Position numbers and translations under genes: made by a program. A DNA stretch of 63,995 nt, counting the filler, from an uncultured Methanosarcinales archaeon (GTDB taxonomy: Archaea; Nanobdellota; Nanobdellia; Woesearchaeales; CAYZNE01): NCBI GenBank assembly GCA_964405295.1. It is 12 parts of 12 records of this genome, joined end to end, with 100 filler letters (N's around TTAATTAATTAA, not from the genome) between each part and the next. Parts side by side here need not be neighbours in the genome. Positions count along the whole stretch, not along the records: positions 23,420 to 28,829 come from CAYONI010000035.1; positions 28,930 to 34,210 come from CAYONI010000036.1; positions 34,311 to 39,590 come from CAYONI010000037.1; 9 more parts are not named here. The stretch is one strand, 5' to 3'. The notes under the pieces are model-generated. The model had not been told where the DNA came from and did not search any database. It was given only the letters and a program-made list of their open reading frames with translations. This document shows, piece by piece, positions 27,870 through 37,148 of this stretch; position 1 is the first letter of the stretch; each line of letters opens with the position of its first letter.

Positions 27870-28706
27870 TTATACTTCACTCAAACTCTTGATTCCGTTC
27901 CTTTTAAGAGCCGCTCGGAGCCGATTACCCAGATTCATGCGTTGCATGCCCTTGTTCAAGTGGCAGTACCTGGCCCGAAGATCCGCTTCGTTTATGGCGT
28001 CCGCTTCGATGGCGGCCAGTTTGTCAGCAACGATTATGTAGCACTGTTCAACGTGATTGCCCTGCAGTAGGGTGGCGACTTCGTCCGCAATGTTTATGGT
28101 CTTGCGTCCGCTCTCGGTCTTGATGTCATGGGTTGTGTACCGGTCCCATTTCGGTCGGATCTTTACGCTGTCGTCATCACCACTCACCTCGTCAACTTCC
28201 GTATTGGGGTTCAGGATCTCTTCTTTATCAACATACCATTCAGTAACGTCGCTAACTTTGATGATTACCTTCTTGCGGGGGTTGTTGACTGACTTCTTGT
28301 ACTGAATTTCGAGCTTCCCGGCCTTCTTGCCTCGTTTGATCAGTCGTGGTTCAAAGAATATTTTGTTCTGTTCGTTGATCCATGCCATACCGAACGGTTC
28401 ACCTTTCACCCGGTGTTCGTCGGCAATTACAGCGTTTGAATAATTCTTACCACTGACTGCAGTCGGGACTTGTGCAGATACTTCAGGTTCTTCTGCCGGT
28501 TCTTCGTACGTGAAGGCTTCGAATTCGTCCTTGGTGGCTTTGTAGGTTTCACCAACGATCAGTGTATGCTCCCCGCCGTCTTTGTCTCCCACCTTCACAC
28601 TTCCGTTCTTTTTGTCGGCTTCGATCACCTGGGCAATCACCCAATTCTCTCCCAGATTTTCACCTTGAACATAATCGCCACTTCTTAGTCTTTTTGCTTT
28701 GGTCAT
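27870..28706 (-). CDS. hypothetical phage protein
   Basis: 278 aa, AGGAG RBS; C-terminal RYCHLNKGMQRMNLGNRLR motif. Confidence 0.65.
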   Translation of the reverse strand: MTKAKRLRSGDYVQGENLGENWVIAQVIEADKKNGSVKVGDKDGGEHTLIVGETYKATKDEFEAFTYEEPAEEPEVSAQVPTAVSGKNYSNAVIADEHRVKGEPFGMAWINEQNKIFFEPRLIKRGKKAGKLEIQYKKSVNNPRKKVIIKVSDVTEWYVDKEEILNPNTEVDEVSGDDDSVKIRPKWDRYTTHDIKTESGRKTINIADEVATLLQGNHVEQCYIIVADKLAAIEADAINEADLRARYCHLNKGMQRMNLGNRLRAALKRNGIKSLSEV

Positions 28707-28929
28707 TGTCTTTCTCCTTTATTATAGTTGGTCGTTCGTTATCGGCTATCTCGTCAGTCACTGTTGTCTAAGCGGTGATTGGTTTGTATATTATCATTCT
28801 CCTTTCTAAGTTAAAGGTTTATTATAGCANNNNNNNNNNNNNNNNNNNNNNNNNNNNNNNNNNNNNNNNNNNNTTAATTAATTAANNNNNNNNNNNNNNN
28901 NNNNNNNNNNNNNNNNNNNNNNNNNNNNN

Positions 28930-29006
28930 TGTTTAAAAAAATCACAACCACATAAAGCAAACAAAAAAAACACACTAAATAAAACAAGAAGATTTTTCAT
29001 CTTCAT
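28930..29006 (-). CDS. lipoprotein, signal peptide only (truncated by contig end)
   Basis: GAGGTGA RBS, then MKMKNLLVLFSVFFLFALCGC. Confidence 0.55.
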
Positions 29007-29493
29007 TTGAATCACCTCTTTAAATAATATATTAATTTGGGTATATCACATTCCCAAAATAATCACTTACCTATTCAGTATTCAAGATGCATTATTGTGT
29101 GTTTAAAAACATATGTTTGTAACATTTTGATTATACTATATATATCAAATAAATCAATAGATTTTACAAAAAAAATAGATATTTAACCAAGTAAAACACT
29201 TTTAAAAAAAGAAATAATAATCTCTTATTCCTCTTTGTTATGAGGTTTATAACAACAGTCGCAACTATTTTTGATACAGTTCAGTTTATCGCATGTAGGG
29301 GAAAATAAAGAGTGATATAGATAATTTATATCACTTCTCATTTTTAAATTTTTTTGAATGTTACACCTTCCGTTATTGATTCGAATAAATAATCGTTAAT
29401 AATTTGTTAGGTACTCCATAGAAGATAAATAATTGCGTAACGGATAAATAAAAAAGCCTAGAAATTAATCTAGACCATTCTTCAAAAACACGT

Positions 29494-30573
29494 TTATTCT
29501 TCTATAAATATTAAAACATCATATGTAAAATAATTATTATCTAATAAAATTTCTGTTCCATCAGTAAATTGAATTAGAAAATATAATTGTTGAGTTCCAA
29601 CATTCACATCATAATTACTGTCTTCAAAATTAGCAATGTATGTTAAATTAGCATTTTTAGATAATCGAGTATTCTCTAATTCGAAAGAAATAACAGTGCA
29701 ATCATCTGAGTTGTAGTCACCATAATCGATTTCAAAATTCGAACTTTCTTCTCCAATACTTAATAAATAAATTTCTAAATTACTATGTTGGTCGCCTAAA
29801 ATGTATATCACCTGATTAACTTCTTTAGAATGTTCGTTGAACAATATGATAGTGAAATCAAATTGAACAATACCAGCTGTTCCCCAATTACCTGAAACAT
29901 CATTTAACACAACTACTGTTGAATCATTTACAACATCAGACAAGATATTTACAGCAAATGGAAGACTAATAATATTGATTTGTGTTTGTTGCAAACTACC
30001 TTTAGGAAACTGCACATAATCAACTGCTCCATCATTTAGATAAGTAATTGATTCTATTTCATATTTTATTATAGAATCCGATTCAAACTCATGTGGAATC
30101 TTGATACCAAGGTAGATTCTGTTAATCCCCTGATTCACATAAAAGAGTACTTCATTTGAGCCATTACCATCTAAATCATCCATTTGTCCTGGTTGATAAG
30201 TTGTTGTGTCTCCATTGTTTGTGTTTTTTATTTTGATTTCATGTATTGATCTTTCATTAGGATTATTTACATCAATAATCATGGTGAAAAAACTACCTTT
30301 ATCTAAGTTTAAAACTTGGAACCCATTTTCATTTATAGTGACCTCAGGGTCTAGAGGGGTTTCTTCTTCAGCAGCAACAACTGAATTCATATTAAATAAC
30401 CAAACATTATTATTAGAGCTTAATTGATTATCTCTAGGAAATTGATTATATGTGTCTTCGGGTTTCAGTCCTGATATATTTAAATTTTCAAATGTTATTT
30501 CAGAATTTGATTTTGAGCATGAAACTAAAAATGTAATAAGTATAATTATAAAACCGATTGTAATTTTTTTCAT
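29494..30573 (-). CDS. hypothetical lipoprotein
   Basis: MKKITIGFIIILITFLVSC lipobox; beta-rich acidic body. Confidence 0.7.
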   Translation of the reverse strand: MKKITIGFIIILITFLVSCSKSNSEITFENLNISGLKPEDTYNQFPRDNQLSSNNNVWLFNMNSVVAAEEETPLDPEVTINENGFQVLNLDKGSFFTMIIDVNNPNERSIHEIKIKNTNNGDTTTYQPGQMDDLDGNGSNEVLFYVNQGINRIYLGIKIPHEFESDSIIKYEIESITYLNDGAVDYVQFPKGSLQQTQINIISLPFAVNILSDVVNDSTVVVLNDVSGNWGTAGIVQFDFTIILFNEHSKEVNQVIYILGDQHSNLEIYLLSIGEESSNFEIDYGDYNSDDCTVISFELENTRLSKNANLTYIANFEDSNYDVNVGTQQLYFLIQFTDGTEILLDNNYFTYDVLIFIEE

Positions 30574-30911
30574 ATTTCAACCCACCTTTACATCAATTAT
30601 AACATAAACAAAAAGTACTACCTATGTAAGTTAGTACCAAATATGCTATATTCCGTATTATTTTAGGCCATCTGTGGTACGGCTTGCTGTTATTAATTCT
30701 AAACAAACTATATTATCGATTGTTTGTTTTTTTTCGAATTTTACATCACAAGAATGTAAAAGTGAGTTTGTTTTTAAAAAAGTTTTGCTTTTTGGCTTTT
30801 TTTTTATATTATCTGAAATCTGAATCAACCTAGATCATAATTAATCAAGGAATACCTCATCTTGATTAAATTACACTTCTTCCAAATCTGTAGGGTATTT
30901 AATTAAAAAAA

Positions 30912-31751
30912 TTAATATCCCATGTTTTCTAAATCTTTTGCAATATTAATGTATAAATCAGTAATATCAGATATGTTATCTCCTCGTTTTTTAGTAAAAC
31001 GCCTTCTTCTGAAATCTACTTCATCTAAATGGGAAATACCACGTCTGTTATTACTTTTAACAATACCTTTAAAGTTACTCCATTTAGTAGACCTAGAAGA
31101 CAGCAATCCATCATTAGGTCCTTCAAACATATATACAATTAAAGATGGAAACCATAACAATATATCAGAAAATATATTCTTCATTACAAATGCATAGCTT
31201 TGATAGTATATATCTTGTGAATCTACATTTATTTGATTAAATTCTTTTGCTACTTCTGTTTTTAAACCACAAATCGCTTTATATGTTTCAGGTTTTTTAT
31301 CTCCAAGAAAAATACGAAAGAATAAATCAGCTATTTTACAACCTATTCTAATTAAGAATTGAGGAAATTTCATAAGTTTATCTACTGTTACTGAACCATT
31401 ATGGGGTGTAGATATCGTTGTTAGAGAAGCTATTGCATTTGAACAATTTAATGTTGAAATCAAATATCTAGCTTCTAGCCCGCCTTTTGAATGAGCTATA
31501 ATATTAACTTTATCAAAATTTGAAGAACTAACTAACTCATCAAGTTGTTCTTTAAGTTGTTCAGAATTTCCTTCAATAGAACCATTAGCATCTTGATTGC
31601 CATGGTATATCTTAATTCCTCTTTCTTCTAATACAGAAGGTATCCTACCCCAATATCCTATATGCTTTCTATTTTTAAAACCCATTCCATGAAGAAAAAA
31701 AATTGGATGTTTTAAGTTAATTTCTGAAATTTTCTCTTTCAAATTAGTCAT
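30912..31751 (-). CDS. alpha/beta-hydrolase triacylglycerol lipase
   Basis: FLHGMG oxyanion motif, IAHSKGGLEAR nucleophile, STPHNGS, NDGL, SHLD. Confidence 0.88.
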   Translation of the reverse strand: MTNLKEKISEINLKHPIFFLHGMGFKNRKHIGYWGRIPSVLEERGIKIYHGNQDANGSIEGNSEQLKEQLDELVSSSNFDKVNIIAHSKGGLEARYLISTLNCSNAIASLTTISTPHNGSVTVDKLMKFPQFLIRIGCKIADLFFRIFLGDKKPETYKAICGLKTEVAKEFNQINVDSQDIYYQSYAFVMKNIFSDILLWFPSLIVYMFEGPNDGLLSSRSTKWSNFKGIVKSNNRRGISHLDEVDFRRRRFTKKRGDNISDITDLYINIAKDLENMGY

Positions 31752-31912
31752 AATTCCCCTCGTAAATATATTGATTCTAAAAGTAAATAAATATAATATG
31801 TTTTCTAATAATAAGTATATAGTATTTACAAATTATCTTCAAGGGAGCTACTATAAAAATATATTAAATCGTATAATAAATAAGACGGCTCATTTTAGCC
31901 GTCTTTAATATT

Positions 31913-32233
31913 TTATCTATACAATTCAAAAGGATTACCATTGAGTAACCCATACCTAGGTGTTGTGAATAATATTACATCTTCGGTACCTTCAGGTATT
32001 AAAAATTTACAATTATATTTAGTTGGAAAGAATTTATCATATACTACAAATACATTGATAGCTTGTTTCGGTATATCAAAAGTTATACTCTTACCATTTT
32101 TAAGAAAATCTATTTTCTTGCATGGAATACCATCTAAAACAATATCTTCGTCAACTCTCGTTTCTAAATAAACATATACTTTCATTGCACAAGCAACAAT
32201 TTTTTTCTTTCTGTTTATGGTTAATTTTCTCAT
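31913..32233 (-). CDS. hypothetical protein
   Basis: 106-aa ORF downstream of queA, followed by terminator AAGACGGCT/AGCCGTCTT. Confidence 0.65.
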   Translation of the reverse strand: MRKLTINRKKKIVACAMKVYVYLETRVDEDIVLDGIPCKKIDFLKNGKSITFDIPKQAINVFVVYDKFFPTKYNCKFLIPEGTEDVILFTTPRYGLLNGNPFELYR

Positions 32234-32251
32234 ACACCCATCCTATATAAC

Positions 32252-33280
32252 TTATTTTCTGATAATCATTGAATCTCCAAATGAAAAAAATCTATATTTC
32301 TCTTTCACAGCTTCTTTATAGGCATTCATAATAATATCTTTTGAAGAAAAAGCTGAAACTAACATAAGTAATGTTGATTTTGGTAAGTGGAAGTTAGTTA
32401 TTAACGTATCTATTGCTTTAAATTCATAGCCGGGATATATAAATATCTCGGTGAAGCCTGATGCTTCTTTAAATTCTCCAAATTTATTCATAATTGTTTC
32501 CATTGTTCTTACTGAAGTCGTGCCAACAGCTACAATATCTCTCTTCTCTATTTTAGCTTTATTTAGTACATCAGCAGTAGCTTGAGTCATTTGATAGAAT
32601 TCGGAATGCATTTTATGATTTTGAACATCATCAACCTTTACCGGTCTAAACGTACCAAGCCCAACATGTAAGGTGACATATTCAATGATTACACCTTTAT
32701 CTTGAAGTGATGCTATTAATTCCTTAGTAAAATGTAGTCCAGCTGTTGGCGCTGCTGCTGATCCAGTAAATTTTGAATATACGGTTTGATATCTTGATTG
32801 ATCTTCAAGCTTTTCATGAATATATGGCGGTAAAGGCATCTCTCCTAGTTGATCTAGAATATCTTCTAATCTACCTTCATATTCTAATTTGAAATGTCTA
32901 ATTCCCTCTTCTAGTGATTCAGTACACTCAAGTTTTAGTAATCCTTCTCCAAAACTAACTTTAGTACCTGCTTTGACTCTTTTAGCGGGTTTCACTAATG
33001 CTTCCCACGAATCTAATCCGAACTGATTCAATAGTAGCACTTCTATATGAGCGCCAGTTTCTGCTTTTATTCCATGTAATCTAGCTGGAATAACCTTAGT
33101 ATCGTTTAAAACTAAAACATCACCTTTTTTAAGGTAATCAGCTAAATTATTAAAATTATCATGTTTTATTTCTTTATCTAATCTGTTTATCACTAGTAAT
33201 CTAGAGTTGCTTCTAACTTTAAGTGGGGTTTGAGCAATAAGCTCTTCTGGTAAATTATAGTTAAAATCGCTTGTTTTCAT
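32252..33280 (-). CDS. queA: S-adenosylmethionine:tRNA ribosyltransferase-isomerase
   Basis: [49 protein letters not shown]. Confidence 0.97.
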   Translation of the reverse strand: MKTSDFNYNLPEELIAQTPLKVRSNSRLLVINRLDKEIKHDNFNNLADYLKKGDVLVLNDTKVIPARLHGIKAETGAHIEVLLLNQFGLDSWEALVKPAKRVKAGTKVSFGEGLLKLECTESLEEGIRHFKLEYEGRLEDILDQLGEMPLPPYIHEKLEDQSRYQTVYSKFTGSAAAPTAGLHFTKELIASLQDKGVIIEYVTLHVGLGTFRPVKVDDVQNHKMHSEFYQMTQATADVLNKAKIEKRDIVAVGTTSVRTMETIMNKFGEFKEASGFTEIFIYPGYEFKAIDTLITNFHLPKSTLLMLVSAFSSKDIIMNAYKEAVKEKYRFFSFGDSMIIRK

Positions 33281-33281
33281 T

Positions 33282-34210
33282 TTAAAATAAGCTTCCTTGG
33301 TATGATTTTTTTAGGTGTTTGTACGCTTTCTCTGTTACAACTCTACCTCTTGGTGTACGGCTTACAAATCCTTTTTGAATTAGATAAGGTTCATACACGT
33401 CTTCTAACGTTCTTGGGTCTTCGCTTATTGATGTAGCTATTGTTTCTAATCCAACAGGTCCACCTTTATATCTATCTATTATTCCATTTAAATATTCTCT
33501 GTCTTTTGAATCTAATCCCAATTCATCGATTTTTAATTTATCTAAGGCAATTTTAGTAATATCTAAAGTGATTGTTCCATCACCTAAGATATCTGCAAAA
33601 TCTCTTACACGTCTAAATAATCTATTAACAATTCTTGGTGTTCCACGACTTCTCTTAGCTAATTCAACCATCGCAGCTTTTTGTGCTTCATAATTGTATA
33701 TCTTAGCTGTTCTCTTACAGATACTTTCTAAATCTTGGTCTGTGTAAAACTCTAACTTATGAACTATCCCAAATCTATCTCTTAATGGACCAGTTAAATC
33801 ACCAAATCTAGTAGTAGCACCAATAAGGGTAAATGGCGCTAAATCAACCCGTATAGACTTTGCTCCTGAATCTTTACCAACAATAATATCTATAACATAA
33901 TCTTCCATAGAAGAATACAATATCTCTTCAACTATTTTTGGTAGACGATGTATTTCATCAATAAATAATACATCTCCAGGTTCTAAAGAAGTTAGTATAG
34001 CAGCTAAATCACCTGTTCGTTCAATGGTAGGTCCTGAACAAGATTTCATTGTAACACCAAGTTCATTAGCAATAACTTGTGCTAAAGTAGTTTTACCTAA
34101 TCCTGGTGGTCCATACAACAAAACATGATCTAGCGATTCATTCCTAAGTTTAGCGGCTTGAACGGATATTTGAACCATCTCTTTTACATCATTTTGTCCT
34201 ATATATTCGA
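33282..34210 (-). CDS. ruvB: Holliday junction branch migration helicase (5' truncated)
   Basis: [43 protein letters not shown]. Confidence 0.97.
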
Positions 34211-34507
34211 NNNNNNNNNNNNNNNNNNNNNNNNNNNNNNNNNNNNNNNNNNNNTTAATTAATTAANNNNNNNNNNNNNNNNNNNNNNNNNNNNNNNNNN
34301 NNNNNNNNNNGATTTTAGGAGGGGGATTGGAAGAAACAGGATGGAGAGGTTTGCTATTGCCAGAATTCTTGGCCATGGGATAACAGGAAGTACATAGAAC
34401 CTACCATTAAAGTAAATTTATCTTCAGTTGATTACTTTAATTATAAAGATCCGGCAATAGATGAAATATTTAAGCATATAAAACAAAATCAATAAAATAC
34501 AGCCAGC

Positions 34508-34637
34508 TTATAACAAAGGCTATATTTAATGCGGGTTTTAGTGGTAAATTAAAAGTAGATGCAATTAATAAACTAATCGGCAAACGGAAAGTGAAGTGCT
34601 TTGAAATCCCGCACTCCGCATAGCCGAGACGTTATAT
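34508..34637 (+). repeat. attC-like site (Bacteroidota-type), copy A
   Basis: TTATAAC ... GTTATAT ends with internal pairing GGCTAT/ATAGCC and TGCGGG/CCCGCA; follows a stop codon. Confidence 0.7.
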
Positions 34638-34989
34638 GAAATTCCGAACCCCGCCTTTAGAGGAAAATTTTATATAGATTCAAATTTATTTTAAACAATA
34701 TTACAAATCTATCAAATACAAAAATGAATGGAATTTTCTTTTGAGTAAATAAAATAAATTGTAAGTTTATTATAGTATAAATAACTGAAGAAAAAATTGA
34801 TTTATGTAAAAAGTATAATAAAAGCAATGAATAATATATTTACCAAATATAAAATGGAAAGTATAAACAATTTCTATACACAATCGATTTTGTGGTGTAA
34901 GAACAATGAATATATAGGAAATATATGTCTACTCTTAGACATACACTAACGTTATGCAAAATTTAAAACAACGATAAAATACAAAAAAT

Positions 34990-36762
34990 ATGTTTTCTTA
35001 TATTTTTATGAAAATCCTTGAAAGTCGTCCAGAAAGATATGATGCAGGGATTAATTTCTTATCCGGTGGGCACGCCACAAAAATAAGAAAGCAAATAGTA
35101 AGAAATTTTGTAAAACCCGATAAAAAGGTATTAGACATTGGGTGTGGAACAGGTTTATTGATAGAAGATGCAGCAAAAGCAGGAGCCGATGTAAAGGGGA
35201 TTGATATTTCTGTGGGAATGTTGAAAGTTGCACAGAAAAGAATTGAGAAAAGCGGGCTACAAGATAAAATTTCGGTTTATAATGTTGGCGTAGTTGAGAT
35301 GGATACCCTTTTTACTGAAAACAGTTTTGATTTAATTGTTTCGACCATGGTTTTCAGCGAACTATATTCGGAAGAAAGGGCATTAGTTTTATATCAAATA
35401 AAAAAGTTGCTAAAGCCAAACGGAAAATTAGTGATTGCGGTAGAAGTTCAACCAAATAATTTATTCAAACGTATTGCTCATTTTATTGTCAGGTTACCTT
35501 TAGTCGTGTTAACGTATATTATTGCTCAAACAGGGACAAAACCGGCTACAAACATTTCGAAAGAAGTTACAAAATCAGGTTTTTCAATAATTAAAGAAGA
35601 ACGTTCATTTCTTGATAGTTTTATTATATTATCTGCAAATAATTCCGAAAATATCCCTCAAGACAAAATTGGTTTGCCAATTGTGAAAAAGCCCGGTGAT
35701 GATTTTTCAATTATCAAATCTATTTGGGATTATATCGGACGATGGTTTCCAAATCCTGTTGAACCCGGGCTTCGTGCAATAGGAAACCCAGACAGGAACT
35801 CACCAGTAATACTTACATCAAATTTTCATCTTACAGTTAAGCGAGTTGAAAAATCCTTAAAAAATGAAAACGTGTTTTTATTAGTTGCACCCACAAACGG
35901 CATTAATGTGTGGTGTGCAGCAGAAGGCGGCGAATTTAATACTCATTCTGTAATAACGGCAATAAAAACAAGTCGGTTAAATGAAAGAATTGACCATAAT
36001 AAAATAATCCTTCCACAATTTTCCGCTTCTGGAATTGACCTTGAACTTTTACACAAACAAACCGGACGAAAAGGGCTTTTTGGACCGGCTTATTCCAAAA
36101 ATATTCCGGCTTATTTGAAAAGTCATAAAACGGTTTTTGAGAATAATAAAGCTGATTTTTCACTTCCTTTTAGAATGGAAATGTTGCTTTCAATGAATTT
36201 CATTATTTGGTTTGCTTTTGTTGTTGTTGCCATATTTGTAGCACCGAAAATACTTTTACCAGTGAGTATATATTTTTGGCTAACAGGCTTTTTCCTCTAT
36301 GCAGTCTATCCAATTATACCAGGGAAAAGTGGCTGGCTAAAAGCAGGCGTATTTTCAATAATCGAAATTATTGCTATTGCATTATATACCTTTTTTATAT
36401 TAAAAATGCCTGTCTTTGCACATTGGAAAATAATGCTTGCTATAAGTATTATTAATTTAATGTTGGGTTTCGATTTAAGGGGAATTGTTGCGGGTTATCC
36501 GTCAGAAGCAGAATGGTTAATGAAAAAACTCGGCATGAAATCCTTCGAACATATATTCTCAGCGGTAAAACAAAGTGAAGGATTAATTCAACAGGATATA
36601 AATAAATGCAATAATTGCCGTATTTGTTTAATGGTCTGCCCCAAAGGGGTATTTGATATTGTAGAAAAAAATATAAGAATAAAGAATAGATTAGAATGTT
36701 TTGCTTGTAATGCTTGTGTAACTCAATGTGCGGAAAATGCTTTGATATTGAAAAATGAATAA
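34990..36762 (+). CDS. fusion of class I SAM methyltransferase, HgcA-like corrinoid domain, TM helices and 2x[4Fe-4S] ferredoxin (HgcAB-like paralogue)
   Basis: VLDIGCGTG; EPGLRAIGNPDRNSPVILTSNF..GINVWCAAEGG; ~4 TM segments; CNNCRICLMVCP and CFACNACVTQC. Confidence 0.85.
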   Translation: MFSYIFMKILESRPERYDAGINFLSGGHATKIRKQIVRNFVKPDKKVLDIGCGTGLLIEDAAKAGADVKGIDISVGMLKVAQKRIEKSGLQDKISVYNVGVVEMDTLFTENSFDLIVSTMVFSELYSEERALVLYQIKKLLKPNGKLVIAVEVQPNNLFKRIAHFIVRLPLVVLTYIIAQTGTKPATNISKEVTKSGFSIIKEERSFLDSFIILSANNSENIPQDKIGLPIVKKPGDDFSIIKSIWDYIGRWFPNPVEPGLRAIGNPDRNSPVILTSNFHLTVKRVEKSLKNENVFLLVAPTNGINVWCAAEGGEFNTHSVITAIKTSRLNERIDHNKIILPQFSASGIDLELLHKQTGRKGLFGPAYSKNIPAYLKSHKTVFENNKADFSLPFRMEMLLSMNFIIWFAFVVVAIFVAPKILLPVSIYFWLTGFFLYAVYPIIPGKSGWLKAGVFSIIEIIAIALYTFFILKMPVFAHWKIMLAISIINLMLGFDLRGIVAGYPSEAEWLMKKLGMKSFEHIFSAVKQSEGLIQQDINKCNNCRICLMVCPKGVFDIVEKNIRIKNRLECFACNACVTQCAENALILKNE

Positions 36763-36768
36763 AACTTT

Positions 36769-36898
36769 GCATAACAATGTATATAAAAAATAAGCGAGAT
36801 AGTAGTAATATCAAGGGTTGTAGCCCACTTCAAAATTCTTGCTGTTTGACAGGAATGAAGCCCGCAATCGGCTACTTTTCATATACTTACCGTTACCT
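36769..36898 (+). repeat. attC-like site, copy B, closing the fusion-gene cassette
   Basis: GCATAAC begins 7 nt after the stop and GTTACCT ends the site; GTATAT/ATATAC pairing; TTTGCATAAC is the reverse complement of GTTATGCAAA at 34951. Confidence 0.75.
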
Positions 36899-37148
36899 GC
36901 AAGGCTAAGAAACGAGAAACAGAAGTACATAAATTGAAAATATTGAAACGAGAAATTGAACATATAATTGAAAATTTGATTGACAGGAAAGATTTTGTTT
37001 TTGCCGACCCACTTTTGCCCTACGGGACAATTAGGGAAGCCAACCCAAATTGCACACATTTGCAAATCGCACAAGCCGACACACAGACCAAAATTTGCAA
37101 AAGAGTGCAATTTCTTCCACCGCATCTGATTAACAAAGCATTTTTGCG

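Noticed and set aside
34990..36762. Bona fide hgcAB mercury-methylation genes
   Set aside because: Cap-helix motif deviates (AAEGG), there is no C-terminal Cys pair, and the architecture is fused; treated as a paralogue.
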